IMG/VR virus record: IMGVR_UViG_3300042866_001263
Source: a virus
Taxonomy: Duplodnaviria; Caudoviricetes
DNA length: 64,000 nucleotides
Direction: 5' to 3' (one strand)
Under the pieces are notes generated by a model, which saw nothing but the letters and a program-made list of their open reading frames with translations, did not search any database and was not told the origin of the DNA. Of the stretch, positions 12,201-20,321 are shown piece by piece (within the stretch, counting starts at the first letter, position 1; each line of letters opens with the position of its first letter). Both the position numbers and the translations under genes were made by a program.

Positions 12201-13003
12201 ACTCTGGAGATGGAGCAATTATTGACGAATATACTGGCAAGACTGGTATGTATCTCAACGGATTTGCTAATATCTTTGGTGATCTGTTGGTTTATAACCA
12301 ACAATGTCAAGAAAATGGATCATGTAATAATGATCTAAACTTCAGAGTCAGAAGACTTGATGGTTCTGTTGAGATGGGATCTAGTCTATATGTCAAGGGC
12401 GAGGTAAGAGATACTGCATCTCCATCAACCAAGATTTTACATATTGATAATCTTGGATCCGCTGGTAGTGCAGCATCTGGTCCAAAAGACTTCATCATGT
12501 ATCAAGATGGATCCGTTGATGCATTTGGTATTACTCAATACTTTACTGCTAATGGTGGTAGAAGATGGACCTATGTTTCTCAATCACCAACTGGTATTGG
12601 ACAAACAGTAGGAAATGCACTACAACCAAATAATAACTACTTGTTGAATCTATCAACTGGTGGTAACATGGTTCTTTACTTACCATCTAACGCTGTAACT
12701 GGAGATATTATTAGATTCGTTGAATTGACTGGTAATCTTAGCTACAATACAAATCTTGTAATCAGAGCTCTATCACCAACTACAGACCCAGTTGCAATTC
12801 AAGGTGACACAGTTGGATCGAGATTGGTTTCTGGTACTGGAACAACATTACTTTCAGCGCCTTATAACGGTGGTGAACTAATTGTTCAAACAAGAAACGC
12901 AGCATTCGGTCTTCTATATGTTGGTAATACTGATGCTCCAAATGATCCAAATGCTACAGAAATTCCTTCCAATCTTCGTGGTTGGTGGTTAGTCGAACTA
13001 TAA
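257..13003 (+). CDS. giant virion structural / tail-fibre-like protein (4248 aa) with internal phycobiliprotein-like helical repeats
   Basis: Uninterrupted ORF under a late promoter. N-terminus (YVSPDDFNATD...PFKSIQRA) resembles cyanophage giant fibre proteins with a likely beta-helix. C-terminal LYLPSNAVTGDIIRFVELTG is like T4 gp34-type fibre repeats. G/T/S/N-rich; Cys-x-Arg-Asp repeats at aa ~735-1596. Confidence 0.85.
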   Translation: MPLTRLDNLISSKTGKYLYVSPDDFNATDALSNRGNSPITPFKSIQRAFLEIARYSYLPGKDNDRFDQFSIMLMPGIHYIDNRPGLVDTNGIDTFGFDQALNAWTDNSILDISNPDNVLYKFNNTEGGAIIPRGSSLVGYDLRRTTIRPLYVPDPASVIVPRSAIFNVTGGCYFWQFTIKDGQTTSESPLYNPSEGTGEVYYDPTDFTRKTAPNFSHHKLTVFEYADAEELSLFYRKIGKAFSAYQPTIDDPGEFGFNIQENRIVGPLSDSRVIESLKFVDSTTDPSIPASTTEVQVTTKVDHGYFSGQFVSVSNTQIDDVLEGFFPIKEIDANDPRKFIYEVPVVVGAIGTNIVSGQTISVDTTPALGQNAQTLAEVDSVESASPYVFNVSIRSTWGICGIWANGLKATGFRSMVIAQYTGVSLQKDDRAFIRYDEYSNTWNQASLADAFATVPYHAKGDSYWKDEWRNFHVRASEDAFIQNVSIFAVGFADHFLMESGGDMSITNSNSNFGNTSLHAIGFKGFSFNQDKAGYITDIIPPKKSLESTATTKKVAYYTVDIQGTIQNSNNYTKLFLGSDDIITPTERPAATIDGFRIGAKTGDKLYVKLGSLTPGGNEVFEVELQPTGFLKYIAKGSILNPSGFAINNITADAANLIESNRTMIQEEVFGYILEKYPALQNIPYVNPGLNPAAGRYFDARNLILANRQEIVDTAFNQMVETFGIGNIQGVADGKCKRDIGFIVDAIAEDLRDGGNLNTIEAAKFYFNGDGSPLQNGLVGEENYAVFAFNRARDLCKKAIANLLTVKANIHDPDTNSVFNKPGNPYGYLFGSYGSDGGLNSAGVTVDDSNKQDPAGRYKDARNRILANREFILDAALAEVAVYHPDFYIPGDTQSNVQSRFADSYRLIRRNSKEITDRALAKIAVDYPDFYFPGDAQTTADSRFYDSYRLIQQNKTEIINTAWTNMVTLYPGVASTETKCKRDLGYFVDAISLDLFIRGNEYSYKFAAEYFTNATTPISNGLVGEVTESIYAFNQAKTLMKSAITNQLTVKDLTITADPATGSNTNANSCANVRSAIDTLSGIVTTIINDGNLNSMPQTINKGSAPAGMAKCGRDVGYFIDAIAVDVFTGGNKHTRTFIQQYFNGNTPISNGLVGETAQSNAAFNEAAEFMRRAVTNQLYYKDLTLTADPATGSNTNVNSCANVQSAITTLTAIATTAVTAGNLNALPAENAGTFLTGEVKCRRDIGHIVDAVAQDLWFGGNEYTIAATKEYFTNATTLLTNGVAGETGPSITAFKRAADLMNRAVNNQYYNRDLTLTLDTTEDPAFVADIHADAYNLVLDNKQFIAKEAYLRMKSAYPSYVPQTGNTEQDCLDDVYDVLDAVMWNVKFGGNSKTYDAANVYVTNTLNGQPIQTFIDAERDEAAKVFTEVKKVAIQVLRNETVSVSAGNTFTQKKDLTIVNDWDADELLPKCGSAVGAVDTLLGIIIQAIGNDGGVGNLTGITRVAPSQPTTYALGNCSDVLSTIDTLIGIVCDALQAGNLNTLPSLSNGEWDCANVRSTIENLFDIVTDAVGTGSLAGLPQVNAGDFIANAKQSKCYRDVSYIVDAVVNDLRLGGNVNSIQAGEAYYVGNNLTYIDGEKTETIDAWNYVGDLAIAAMRNFDMLAVNCVTSTGSALVNVSDTRGIVIGMRVVEYANTPTPYVNGLLQAGAVPIYTNIPKDTFVKRIVSNTTIELGVANSRFTTGNTVNALQSSTSTKLYFTYEKGAWANILPQRVTVGPENINPDVIQDTTAFTPSAPTQRECASTANAIITLIGNITTIINSGLGTVALQEQTVNTALFASRATVFTIDTTGYGSTNAHNFETGTPVRLVPRPRFDITTGKYVEVDKRLVRLPKGFEPNRTYYVIAPGRRTQPADYSTTTYFDGSDQTKLMLATSKENAAAGIYIYASETESIDQNVEIDLYQFVLDDKYDLHNYRCNLTNTVNAGIETDVSHIFDRPSAATTPQRVFFREIEGGQLPLVSQTYQSDPTVAVTNPQSSDVGRINPQVEFFARYQNDRVFTIHKTHADAINNVNPIQFFAGQAGIRFDVYANKRRSPMRFDPSFTDAKSSTGKWYIQCKDVVTGGTPNDIAKNIFTRINEDDYSDRPRTTDMWYERLDDTRGANDRTYKVRYVIPKYLENARDPINGFVLKTRTDDTRKLVPQKILLKPVSGSVYGARFENPVQAGEYIGYTAEQFETNDLNTEAAYDPFKKDLTNQGIDYRAFAKFSSGIQATIQSGRYVSDVLDPNIKYLELTVYDHTVDSLNFPGLRNEIFTTVKITAPQGGDFVTNKTQSILANKVFFTGASSGFAFIHAYYSVGGDHYLIIKGIGGGKLEYSEYADVRFTQGSVFADMLEDQDMGKSLPLKTLIRKGYPEYYWRQNGSNVYTITPGDKIQDDAGIEYYVAGVEDAGIIEDTFYIFATETLQRRIAGQQDGIYYLTCLRGNISPFPTGAGVTNNFKNFKFSQPVSRLYPLNYRNDPLWFQKNGTTNEEKDYYAALIDPPATSSAADNYTHGLVTVNDYKNSVTRETIGDLIQQSAFAGNTYSGTVVKYGKTLNASIQAQEGNATSGSEDRIIPISGSSTVVSDQRYYVELRRPSIARAGNHTFEYLGFGPGNYSTGLPARQEVVLTPDQDFYAQAKKQDAGIVFYTGINSQGDLYIGNRRINAITGEETFIDKASLTDDGDENDVIGGLVTTFDTPVTFNENFTVVGGDGTLVTNFESPVVISVQDNDLIQERDALIIRSNVSPVDPVPPQPQQDAGLDRTSFRPVSKGDIKLGKNRIQSAIFAFNSRGNGQEYLIQTHSVLGVASNITPNQSPLISAGGTRVNAAQFVTYGGVLPTTGDILLKGSEVGKSGSLGWIFANYYQVIANNSVDNVIFDGSNVVKVTFRSSVTGLTIPCQDIGITSASQIRFKNYPDANLNLTWVIYSPNGDAFSPSKPYVYFQILAQRPALVQSWAGLIAQATSAGTPLPIIEFSNANWKEVGVIGAEAIRTETETIGNYKLGINTVARSPHSAHTNAFVDAATTDPRANLDVVGNSYISGKKTTNYLQHTNFADRDKNAIADAFVVGGDSLSPTDYSTLRVDTRTVAITEASRGNNLGRIGINTDETVADKQLNRALVVVGDSRFTEDARFERDVEIYTDSGTDTAEVRTGITTGSFNFLNGSTSTQFTGQLSVTGGVLSKANSKGLRFANNVSYIEIGDAYTDDQFIFIGNNTDHSNIFLGDITDSAGAISKVQIGGAYGNNSSNSYTTFGTRRVNFAGDVVFGANKLQGGNRLNPEMVVSVGTEAGIVQFFTGNTQTLDFATNASEINIGGQGGQTKVRNNLVVDAAARFNSNVTLCGGFASFSFVGNRAQLGSTSFSHSSGILGQNTYNSNIDIINVFVVGVVNQNAPTPAELTAGFNRIDTAGAGVWGGNSGVSNFQAAIPGAGPEGATLPALTGSEYYIPMKYKPTPYFKAGDYMVIDTPITGSTHPEIVRITEDGLQGAEEAPYYLKVRRQPLGTFTAIKTNHPDTTNVWKVNVAFDATWITQGIDASGTQENVYLAEFGGQLTTNDYVIIDRNDSNNDGVADQGEVFKIASLLAQVAKKFSIKNGCDTQAEETVFEVDSVTGSVSLGDPGNINTSTFIYGNLTLTGQCGGAGTADNTKLTLKNELYTTAQIDVCTGDTVLGSTYATVFAIGSLAGTTAAAHSTTTPVYVYRRDPFTIQVGGPLTTTYANQATGAILASTSNIPVVSISGFSKGDLVAIVDGTTLTTTKMEIIRITDNPFISSTGDTAGIHFLPTSSNGTYPSGGRAQETTTAQAWQPGAVVVKIQKDFRTTTLSEAIPATGRVSVESPNTNPNKIRIKLVNGDLIPEKLDYEHIIRIDNEFFYPDSINGANDPIFGVRLPKSVRLDGENNFDRFFGGGNLTTHGDLNITSGNLRMFGGDGTTIVFNVANDDGHSGDGAIIDEYTGKTGMYLNGFANIFGDLLVYNQQCQENGSCNNDLNFRVRRLDGSVEMGSSLYVKGEVRDTASPSTKILHIDNLGSAGSAASGPKDFIMYQDGSVDAFGITQYFTANGGRRWTYVSQSPTGIGQTVGNALQPNNNYLLNLSTGGNMVLYLPSNAVTGDIIRFVELTGNLSYNTNLVIRALSPTTDPVAIQGDTVGSRLVSGTGTTLLSAPYNGGELIVQTRNAAFGLLYVGNTDAPNDPNATEIPSNLRGWWLVEL

Positions 13004-13013
13004 TTTAAATCCT

Positions 13014-14576
13014 ATGGCACAAAGATACGGTCAATTAAAGACCATGAAAACCGCCAAAATTGGCACAATTATGCCATGGGCGGGTGATGGTAACGATGGT
13101 AATCTAGCATCGAATATTCCTCGTGGGTGGGAACTATGTGATGGAGCTGTGTGGCCTGCAAGTAGATATCCACTTTTTACTTCTATAATTGGCAATAGTT
13201 ATGGAGGAACTGAAGTTGCAGGGACATTTCCACATTATACTGGAACCGTCAAAGTTCCAAATCTAGTTGGAAGACTTATGATAGATTTGGAACCATCGAT
13301 GCTATTTGATTCTAGATATTATGCTGGACAACAAGATGCTTACACTCAACTGGTTGACTCTGCTGGACAATCTTTAGTTGTTGAAGATGGATTATCAAAA
13401 TCAATACCAACCTTAATATCCGCTGATACAAATATTGTATTTACTATACCATCTGATATCGTTTTTGTTGGAAAAATAACTGGTGGAACTGGCGAAACTA
13501 ATATTACAATAACACCTCCAACTTTTACCACAACAGTTTATACTATTGGAAGAAAATTGAGTATTGGACATACCCCATCTCACAATCACCCTGGTGATTA
13601 TACTTCAGCAACTGGTGGTGGTCCTGGTCCCGAATTGTTCGAACCATCTACATTCACAGTTGGTGGAAGTCAATCTGGAGCTGCTGGTTGTCCAAGTATT
13701 AGTTGGCTTAGAGCAGAACGTCCAGCAGATCATGCTAGGTGGTGTAGTGGAACTGGTTTCGTAACATATTATGATGATACAACCTTAATTCAAACTAGCG
13801 AATTTAGTGAATTTATAAGTACAGCACAAAATGATTATTCTCAAATTCCACCTTCTACCACAGCGGATTATGTTTATGAGGGATTGAGTCCTTTTACTGA
13901 TACTTTTACAGCTAAAGCAAAAACAACTCATGCTATGAAAGCATGGACTGGATATTTTCCAAGACCTATAGAAATGTTTGGTACTAGAAATTACTTTGGA
14001 TATAATACAGGTACTGGAGGAGCTCCATATATTGGACCAACTGCAATCTCTGATGATCCAGAAAATAGACCAGCCTTCTCTACAAGTGTGCAATTAGTTT
14101 CTCAAGCAACTAAATTTGTTGTGAGTGGTGATATTGGTACTGATGAAACAAAGATTAGACCATTCATGTTAGTAAAAACTTCTGATCTCTCTGGAACATA
14201 TTTGGAACCAGGAACGCAAGTCGTCGGTATTACTAGATTGGGAACATCAAATTATACCTATGAAGTAGAGTTGAGTAAAAATATAGGAGGAAGTGGTAGT
14301 CAAACGAGAGAAGTAACTTTTAGAGATGGAACATATCCAACCACTTTGAGTAATACTCCTTCTACTCAAGATCCTTCTTTAGCAACGTTAAGACCACATG
14401 ATCATGGAACATTTGAATTGAGTATGGGAGATGGATTGAAGGGACCAACAACGCATCCAGTAAATGATGTCAGTAAAGGTGATCTTCTTGCCGAAACCTT
14501 AACTGGTGCTCTAAATATTACAGCAAATATTGCTAATCCATCACAAAATATTGTGTATATTATTAGGGTTTTCTAA
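13014..14576 (+). CDS. tail-collar domain fibre protein (520 aa)
   Basis: N-terminal IGTIMPWAG...GWELCDG...YPLFTSIIGNSYGG...VPNL phage tail collar motif; C-terminal NIVYIIRVF. Confidence 0.85.
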   Translation: MAQRYGQLKTMKTAKIGTIMPWAGDGNDGNLASNIPRGWELCDGAVWPASRYPLFTSIIGNSYGGTEVAGTFPHYTGTVKVPNLVGRLMIDLEPSMLFDSRYYAGQQDAYTQLVDSAGQSLVVEDGLSKSIPTLISADTNIVFTIPSDIVFVGKITGGTGETNITITPPTFTTTVYTIGRKLSIGHTPSHNHPGDYTSATGGGPGPELFEPSTFTVGGSQSGAAGCPSISWLRAERPADHARWCSGTGFVTYYDDTTLIQTSEFSEFISTAQNDYSQIPPSTTADYVYEGLSPFTDTFTAKAKTTHAMKAWTGYFPRPIEMFGTRNYFGYNTGTGGAPYIGPTAISDDPENRPAFSTSVQLVSQATKFVVSGDIGTDETKIRPFMLVKTSDLSGTYLEPGTQVVGITRLGTSNYTYEVELSKNIGGSGSQTREVTFRDGTYPTTLSNTPSTQDPSLATLRPHDHGTFELSMGDGLKGPTTHPVNDVSKGDLLAETLTGALNITANIANPSQNIVYIIRVF

Positions 14577-16606
14577 TGCCAGTACATTACACACGAGAAA
14601 GAACTAAGTATGGAACGCTAACTGGTAGCATCATTGTTTGGCCAGTTGAAGTAGCGTCTCCAAATAATCCAAATAATATAGATAATGCAAAAGTACTTCC
14701 TGCTGGATATCTAAGATGTGATGGATCAAAGTATAAAGCTGCAGATTATCCATTACTTGCAGAAGTTTGTGGTACTGGACCAACATGTAAGTTTGCAAAA
14801 CTAGATCAAAATGGAGATCCTGTAATTACAATTGGTACTGATGAATTTGTTGTGCCAGATTTAGGATCAAAATTTCCAAGACCAGTTTCTGGTGGTGATG
14901 CTGGAGTTTTTAACAATATAATTGAGCAGACAAAAAACAACACATTCATTAAAAGATCTGGAATGGGTGTTGATATTTCTTCTAATGTTGGATCTGTTGC
15001 TACTGTCACATATAGCGGAAGTTTTATTGTCCCTGCACAAACGATTCCATTAAAAGGTAAACCCAAATGGACTTGGGGAACTAATTCTAGAACGGATCCA
15101 GAAGCGGTTGAAAATGCTCAGATTCATCCTCACATGCACTTTAGTAATACTACTAGAGTTAGATTATTAAACAAGGGTGGAGCTACTGGTGGTGTTGTTC
15201 CTCTACCAGAAAATATTATAAGTGTTAATGATCCATCGCTAAATCCTAGTTACAACGGTACAGCATTTGTTGGATATGGTAGTGGTACTGGAGAATCAGG
15301 AGGATTCGCTAGTCCTGGTTATGGATCTGGTTATGTTGCTTTTGGTGGAGCTGGAGCATTTTCAGAAGTTAGAAGATATTCTGTTGATTTAACTAACACA
15401 AATGGAAATACTCTAATAACAATTACTTCTATTGTTGGTAATGATGCAAATGGTGGAGAAAGACCAAATAACCCAGGTGAAGGCATATATGTTATTTGGC
15501 CAGATGGAACAAAAAGTTCTGGTCCACTTCTACCAGCAAGACAAGAATCTGGATTGGGATTGAGTAGCTATGATTCTCAGTATGCTAACTGGAGAGACCA
15601 GAGTTTAACAATACCAGAGCAGTATAGAACTGGAACTTTTAGAATTACACTAGAACAAATTGTTAGAGCAAGAGGAACTGATGCGAATGGAAATATAACT
15701 TTAAACCCAACTGATCCTGCAGGAGATGAACAAGGAACCGTAACTCAGGCTCTTAATGTACCAAACGCATACGACATGGCTGGTGTTGTTAGAATTGGTT
15801 TATCTGGTGGATTTACAAATGATCCAACATTAAGTGGAAATCTAAATGACACTCCAGCTGGAATTAATTACTTTAAATCTGCCAGTACAATCAATATAAA
15901 TTCTTGGTTGAATGCCACAAAAGCAAGAGATCCAAATAATAATTCTCCTGGTAGTGGACAACCTGCTTGCTGGGCTATGGCATCTGGAAACCTTGCTGGA
16001 TCAGAGGTTCAAGATACAAATCCAGCTGTTGTTGCAACAGAAGTTATTCAACGATACAACTTCTGTAATACTGGTTGTTCTTTTGATGATTTGCGATGCT
16101 ATTGCTTATTGAAAGATGGAGTTACTTATGATCTGACTCAGAATTGGTTTGGTATTGAAGGAACACGATACAACGATTATACTTCTTTTGCTGGTAGTTG
16201 TGGCGCTTTTGGATTTGGTGTATGTGATCGCTGCCCTTGGCCTAATACTGGAACAGCGAAAGAAACTTTTAGATATCCAGCAGCAGAATTTCCAGTTGAC
16301 TGGAAAGGTCTTCCTTTAGATGATGTTTTACCAATTAATTCCTATATTACATCATCTGAAGTTTATCCACAAGCAACTAATGTTTATTCTGAAGTTCAGG
16401 AAGTTGATTTGGATGGAGATCCAACAATACATGATCATAAAATTGAAGTTACTAGAGGAACTCCAGTTTTCTCCATCGTCACTAATGCTACTTTGATTGA
16501 ACCAGACAATCTAAATACTACGTTACAGCTAACTCCATCTACTATAGCATCTATAGATGTAGCTACGTCACCATTTATTGTTGTTGAATATTTAATAAAA
16601 ACTTAG
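14576..16606 (+). CDS. tail-collar domain fibre protein (676 aa)
   Basis: GSIIVWP...GYLRCDGSKY...YPLLAEVCG...FVVPDL collar motif; C-terminal IVVEYLIKT; TAATG coupling to the upstream gene. Confidence 0.85.
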   Translation: MPVHYTRERTKYGTLTGSIIVWPVEVASPNNPNNIDNAKVLPAGYLRCDGSKYKAADYPLLAEVCGTGPTCKFAKLDQNGDPVITIGTDEFVVPDLGSKFPRPVSGGDAGVFNNIIEQTKNNTFIKRSGMGVDISSNVGSVATVTYSGSFIVPAQTIPLKGKPKWTWGTNSRTDPEAVENAQIHPHMHFSNTTRVRLLNKGGATGGVVPLPENIISVNDPSLNPSYNGTAFVGYGSGTGESGGFASPGYGSGYVAFGGAGAFSEVRRYSVDLTNTNGNTLITITSIVGNDANGGERPNNPGEGIYVIWPDGTKSSGPLLPARQESGLGLSSYDSQYANWRDQSLTIPEQYRTGTFRITLEQIVRARGTDANGNITLNPTDPAGDEQGTVTQALNVPNAYDMAGVVRIGLSGGFTNDPTLSGNLNDTPAGINYFKSASTININSWLNATKARDPNNNSPGSGQPACWAMASGNLAGSEVQDTNPAVVATEVIQRYNFCNTGCSFDDLRCYCLLKDGVTYDLTQNWFGIEGTRYNDYTSFAGSCGAFGFGVCDRCPWPNTGTAKETFRYPAAEFPVDWKGLPLDDVLPINSYITSSEVYPQATNVYSEVQEVDLDGDPTIHDHKIEVTRGTPVFSIVTNATLIEPDNLNTTLQLTPSTIASIDVATSPFIVVEYLIKT

Positions 16607-16613
16607 TATAACC

Positions 16614-19600
16614 ATGCCAGCACAGAATCCGATCTATAGAAATAAGAGAAAACATTATTATCAGGAAGTCGGTCCTGATATGGTTTCTGTTGGTAGTATT
16701 ATTAATGTTCTTAAAACTAAACCAAACAAAAAATCTTTTGACTCGCAATTTATACCATCTCAGACTCCTTTAAATGGTGCTACTTATTATTCCACTCAAA
16801 CTGGAAATGCACAACCAGAAAATAATCCAGATTATCAGTATTATGGTTATCTTTATTGTGATGGTTCTGAATATAAAATAAGTGATTATCCTCTACTATA
16901 TTCTGTGATTGGAAATGACTACGGTGGAACACCAAGGACAGATGTAACTAGGGATAATGTTTTTGAGTTTTGGCCTGATCCAACGATGGGAACTTTTAGA
17001 GTTCCTGATCTTCTCGCCAAAAAATTAGTTGGATATGGTCCAGTTTATGGTTCTGGTACTCCAACAATTGGAAATATTGAGATGGCAGTACGAGCTACTG
17101 GTGGATCTTGGTATTTTTCTAAGGATACACAAAAAGGTTATTTTGATCTTGGTAACATAAGAACAACTGGATATACTAATGTTATTGGAACAATTCCAGG
17201 TAGTGTCATAGGACAGCAACAAGTTAAAGTCCTTCTTGGAGATTCCGATCTAGATGGTGTACCACAGCATAATCACTACTTACTACACTCAGAAGCACCA
17301 GGGATTCAAGGATTCCCATCTGGAGGAAATGAGGATCCATATCTATCAAGTTATAGAAATAGAAATGGAAGACTTGCTGGATTTTCTCCACCAAATGGTT
17401 TGAAATTAACTCACTCACATGCTTTGAGTAAGAGAAGAATTCCAGGAAATAACGTTTCCAGTTATGACATATACAATTGGCAGGGTGGAGATACTGGTCC
17501 TGGTAGTATTAAGACAAACGGAAATTATTATGGATCTGGTCCTTCTGGAAGATTTATTGATGTGACTGATACAGCTCAACCTTTGTCAAAAACATTTGTT
17601 GAGAGCTCTGTGATTGGTGGAAGAACAGTCACTATTGGTGGAACACCAATTTATGAAACTTTTAATTACATATATGCTAATCCAGGAACACAAACTTTCT
17701 CAATTCCCGCTGGAGTTACTGCGTTGGAAATTGAAGCATATGGTGCAGGCGGATCTGGTGGAGTTTGGACAACAACTGGTGCTAATGGTGGAGATACTGT
17801 TGTAACTTTAGGTAATAGTTCTAATTTGGTTGTTACTGCTGGTGGTGGTAGAGGTGGTGGTGCAGTTCCAGAAAACGTAATTCCTGGTAGTGCTCCTTAT
17901 TTGGAGTCTGGTGGTGCTGGAGGAAACGGTGGAGCACTTACTTATTCTGGAACATATGCTAGCGCAATAACTGTCATTAATAGCAAGCAAACCACAGAAG
18001 CTGTTGGTGGGCAAGGTGCTTCTGGAAAATTCTGGAATGGCATCTATACTGGACCTCCAACAGCACCATTTACACAAACAAATACTCCATGGGAAGGTCA
18101 ACCAGGATCTTCTGGACTTTATGGTTCTGGTAGTCTAGGAAGATTTCTTGCTGTTGCATCTCAATTGGATAGAGAAGTTGCAACTGTAGCATATCCAAAT
18201 ACAGGTTCTTTCCAAATGGCAAGTGCTGATGCAGCAAAATATAAAGTTATAGCTGCATATATTGATATGTATGGTGCCACTGGAGTTAACTGCGATAACT
18301 ACGGTGGATCATATACAACTGGAGTTGGACAATACAGCACAAATGCTGGTGGTTGTGTAACTGGCAGAGGAAATCCTGGAAAGTTTTTTAGATTATCTGT
18401 AAGACCAGATGGTAATAGTGTAATTGGTGGATCTTTTACTGCTTATCCTGGACAAGGTGGTAGAAGTAGTAGGGGAACTGCCACATCAACTTATGATGCA
18501 ACTGGAAGTGGTGGTCCTGGTGGTGCTGGATACTTACAAAATGGTGGCGGCGGTGGTGCATCAACAATTCTCTTTACTGCTACTGGTCAATTAGTTGCAG
18601 GCGCTGGAGGCGGCGGTGGCGGCGGTGGCGCTGGCGAAGGAGCTTGTGGAGACGATGCAACTGGTAATGCTATTAATGATGGTGTTCAAGGAGTAAACGA
18701 ATCACTATTTACTGGTGCTGGTGGAGCTGGAGGAAACTACGGTTGTACTGGAGGTGGCGGCGGTGGCGGCGGTGGCGGCGTTGGAACGTCCGCTCAAACT
18801 GGAAACGCTCAAGGTGGTGGAGATGGTGCTGGATCTGCTGGTGGTCCTGGTGGCGGCGGTGGTGGAGCTGGTGGTCACGGTGGTGGATATGGCGGTGCCA
18901 GAGGATTGAGTAGCTACAGAACAAATTATTTTGATCTTGTCTCTAGTGGTAATTCTATCTACTCTGATGGTAGAGTTGTAGCTACTGTTCGTGAAAATAG
19001 AAGTTTCTGGTCTTCAGCAGCTGGTGGTGGGGGAGCTGGTGCTTATACTAGATTTGAAATTCCATCATCAGTTTTAACAGCATCTGCTGCTTCTTCTGTT
19101 ACCATTACTGTTGGAACTGGTGCTACTGGAGTTACATCAAGTCTTAACAGACTTGTAACTGATGGTGTTTCTACTTGGAATGAAGTAGCAAATGCTACAA
19201 CATCAGATCAAGCATCAAATGGATATGTAAAACTAGTTACGAAAAAATTACTGGGTGAAAGTGGTGGAAATAGTGATTTAACAGTTGGTGATGTTGTTAT
19301 AAAGGCATCTAGTGGAATAGAAATTTATAGTAGTGGAACTGGAATTGGAACAGCTGGTGGATTTAAATTACCTACCACACAAGCACCAGTTGTTCAAATT
19401 CTTGCTCAGGGACAACAAACTGGTTCTGGAGCAACTGCTTCTTGTACAGTTTCTGGATCGGTGATTACTGGCGTTGCTCTTGGAAATGGCGGAAGTGGAT
19501 ATGTTTCTGCCCCTACGGTTAGATTTTTGGGTGGAGCTGGCGCTGGAACCAAAGCAACAACGGTCATAAACTCTAGTGGCGTTGTAACAGGTATTAGTCT

Positions 19601-20312
19601 TGTTGCTGGTAGTTCTACAGCATATACTAGATATGTTAAGTTTGGTGGTCCAGAACTCGAAAGATTTATTATTGTTACTGGTGTAGATACAACCACAGTT
19701 AAAGAGTTTGGAGTTAAGTGTGCCAGAGGAAATAATATTAACGGTGGAGAAAGACCAGATGATAGCGGTGATGAATTGCTTCTGTATTACAATACAGATT
19801 CAACTCTAAATTTCCCAGAGACCACCAATTTTATTGGAATATTAGTTCCCAGACCTTCTGATACAGATATTGCTAATAATTATGATGGAACTGGTTCTGG
19901 AGATACTGCAACTCTGTGGTATACTTATACTTTAAATCTACCAGAAGATGCTAGAGCTCCTGGAACCAGATTTAAGATAGTTCAAAAAAGAATAACACCA
20001 AACGTATCTAATGATAATGGTGGTAATAATGATCATTATGGAATTTGTGAATTCCTTTATTATTATGACTTTGCAACGGAACAAAGATTTATATCAACTC
20101 CAGGTGAAATCTCAAGTGAAAATCGTGAACTAGTTTATATTATTGAGGGATCACAAAATTCTCCATATACTGCTGGTATTGAAGTAAATGATATGACGTT
20201 TACTCTTACTGCTGGTACACCACTAAATCCAACACCAGCATTAGATCCAGTTAGAAGCATACCATTATTGGAACCATATGCCTTGACTAAATACTTGATA
20301 AAGGCATTCTAA
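16614..20312 (+). CDS. tail-collar domain, glycine-rich fibre protein (1232 aa)
   Basis: VGSII...GYLYCDGSEY...YPLLYSVIGNDYGG...FRVPDL collar motif; long GGGGG tracts; C-terminal LTKYLIKAF. Confidence 0.85.
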   Translation: MPAQNPIYRNKRKHYYQEVGPDMVSVGSIINVLKTKPNKKSFDSQFIPSQTPLNGATYYSTQTGNAQPENNPDYQYYGYLYCDGSEYKISDYPLLYSVIGNDYGGTPRTDVTRDNVFEFWPDPTMGTFRVPDLLAKKLVGYGPVYGSGTPTIGNIEMAVRATGGSWYFSKDTQKGYFDLGNIRTTGYTNVIGTIPGSVIGQQQVKVLLGDSDLDGVPQHNHYLLHSEAPGIQGFPSGGNEDPYLSSYRNRNGRLAGFSPPNGLKLTHSHALSKRRIPGNNVSSYDIYNWQGGDTGPGSIKTNGNYYGSGPSGRFIDVTDTAQPLSKTFVESSVIGGRTVTIGGTPIYETFNYIYANPGTQTFSIPAGVTALEIEAYGAGGSGGVWTTTGANGGDTVVTLGNSSNLVVTAGGGRGGGAVPENVIPGSAPYLESGGAGGNGGALTYSGTYASAITVINSKQTTEAVGGQGASGKFWNGIYTGPPTAPFTQTNTPWEGQPGSSGLYGSGSLGRFLAVASQLDREVATVAYPNTGSFQMASADAAKYKVIAAYIDMYGATGVNCDNYGGSYTTGVGQYSTNAGGCVTGRGNPGKFFRLSVRPDGNSVIGGSFTAYPGQGGRSSRGTATSTYDATGSGGPGGAGYLQNGGGGGASTILFTATGQLVAGAGGGGGGGGAGEGACGDDATGNAINDGVQGVNESLFTGAGGAGGNYGCTGGGGGGGGGGVGTSAQTGNAQGGGDGAGSAGGPGGGGGGAGGHGGGYGGARGLSSYRTNYFDLVSSGNSIYSDGRVVATVRENRSFWSSAAGGGGAGAYTRFEIPSSVLTASAASSVTITVGTGATGVTSSLNRLVTDGVSTWNEVANATTSDQASNGYVKLVTKKLLGESGGNSDLTVGDVVIKASSGIEIYSSGTGIGTAGGFKLPTTQAPVVQILAQGQQTGSGATASCTVSGSVITGVALGNGGSGYVSAPTVRFLGGAGAGTKATTVINSSGVVTGISLVAGSSTAYTRYVKFGGPELERFIIVTGVDTTTVKEFGVKCARGNNINGGERPDDSGDELLLYYNTDSTLNFPETTNFIGILVPRPSDTDIANNYDGTGSGDTATLWYTYTLNLPEDARAPGTRFKIVQKRITPNVSNDNGGNNDHYGICEFLYYYDFATEQRFISTPGEISSENRELVYIIEGSQNSPYTAGIEVNDMTFTLTAGTPLNPTPALDPVRSIPLLEPYALTKYLIKAF

Positions 20313-20321
20313 CCTAAAATC

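Noticed and set aside
18540-18900. GGCGGCGGT tandem repeats
   Set aside because: They encode poly-glycine tracts of the fibre protein; not a VNTR or CRISPR.
257-20312. Diversity-generating retroelement or invertible fibre system
   Set aside because: No reverse transcriptase, no template/variable repeat pair differing only at adenines, and no recombinase or flanking inverted repeats seen.
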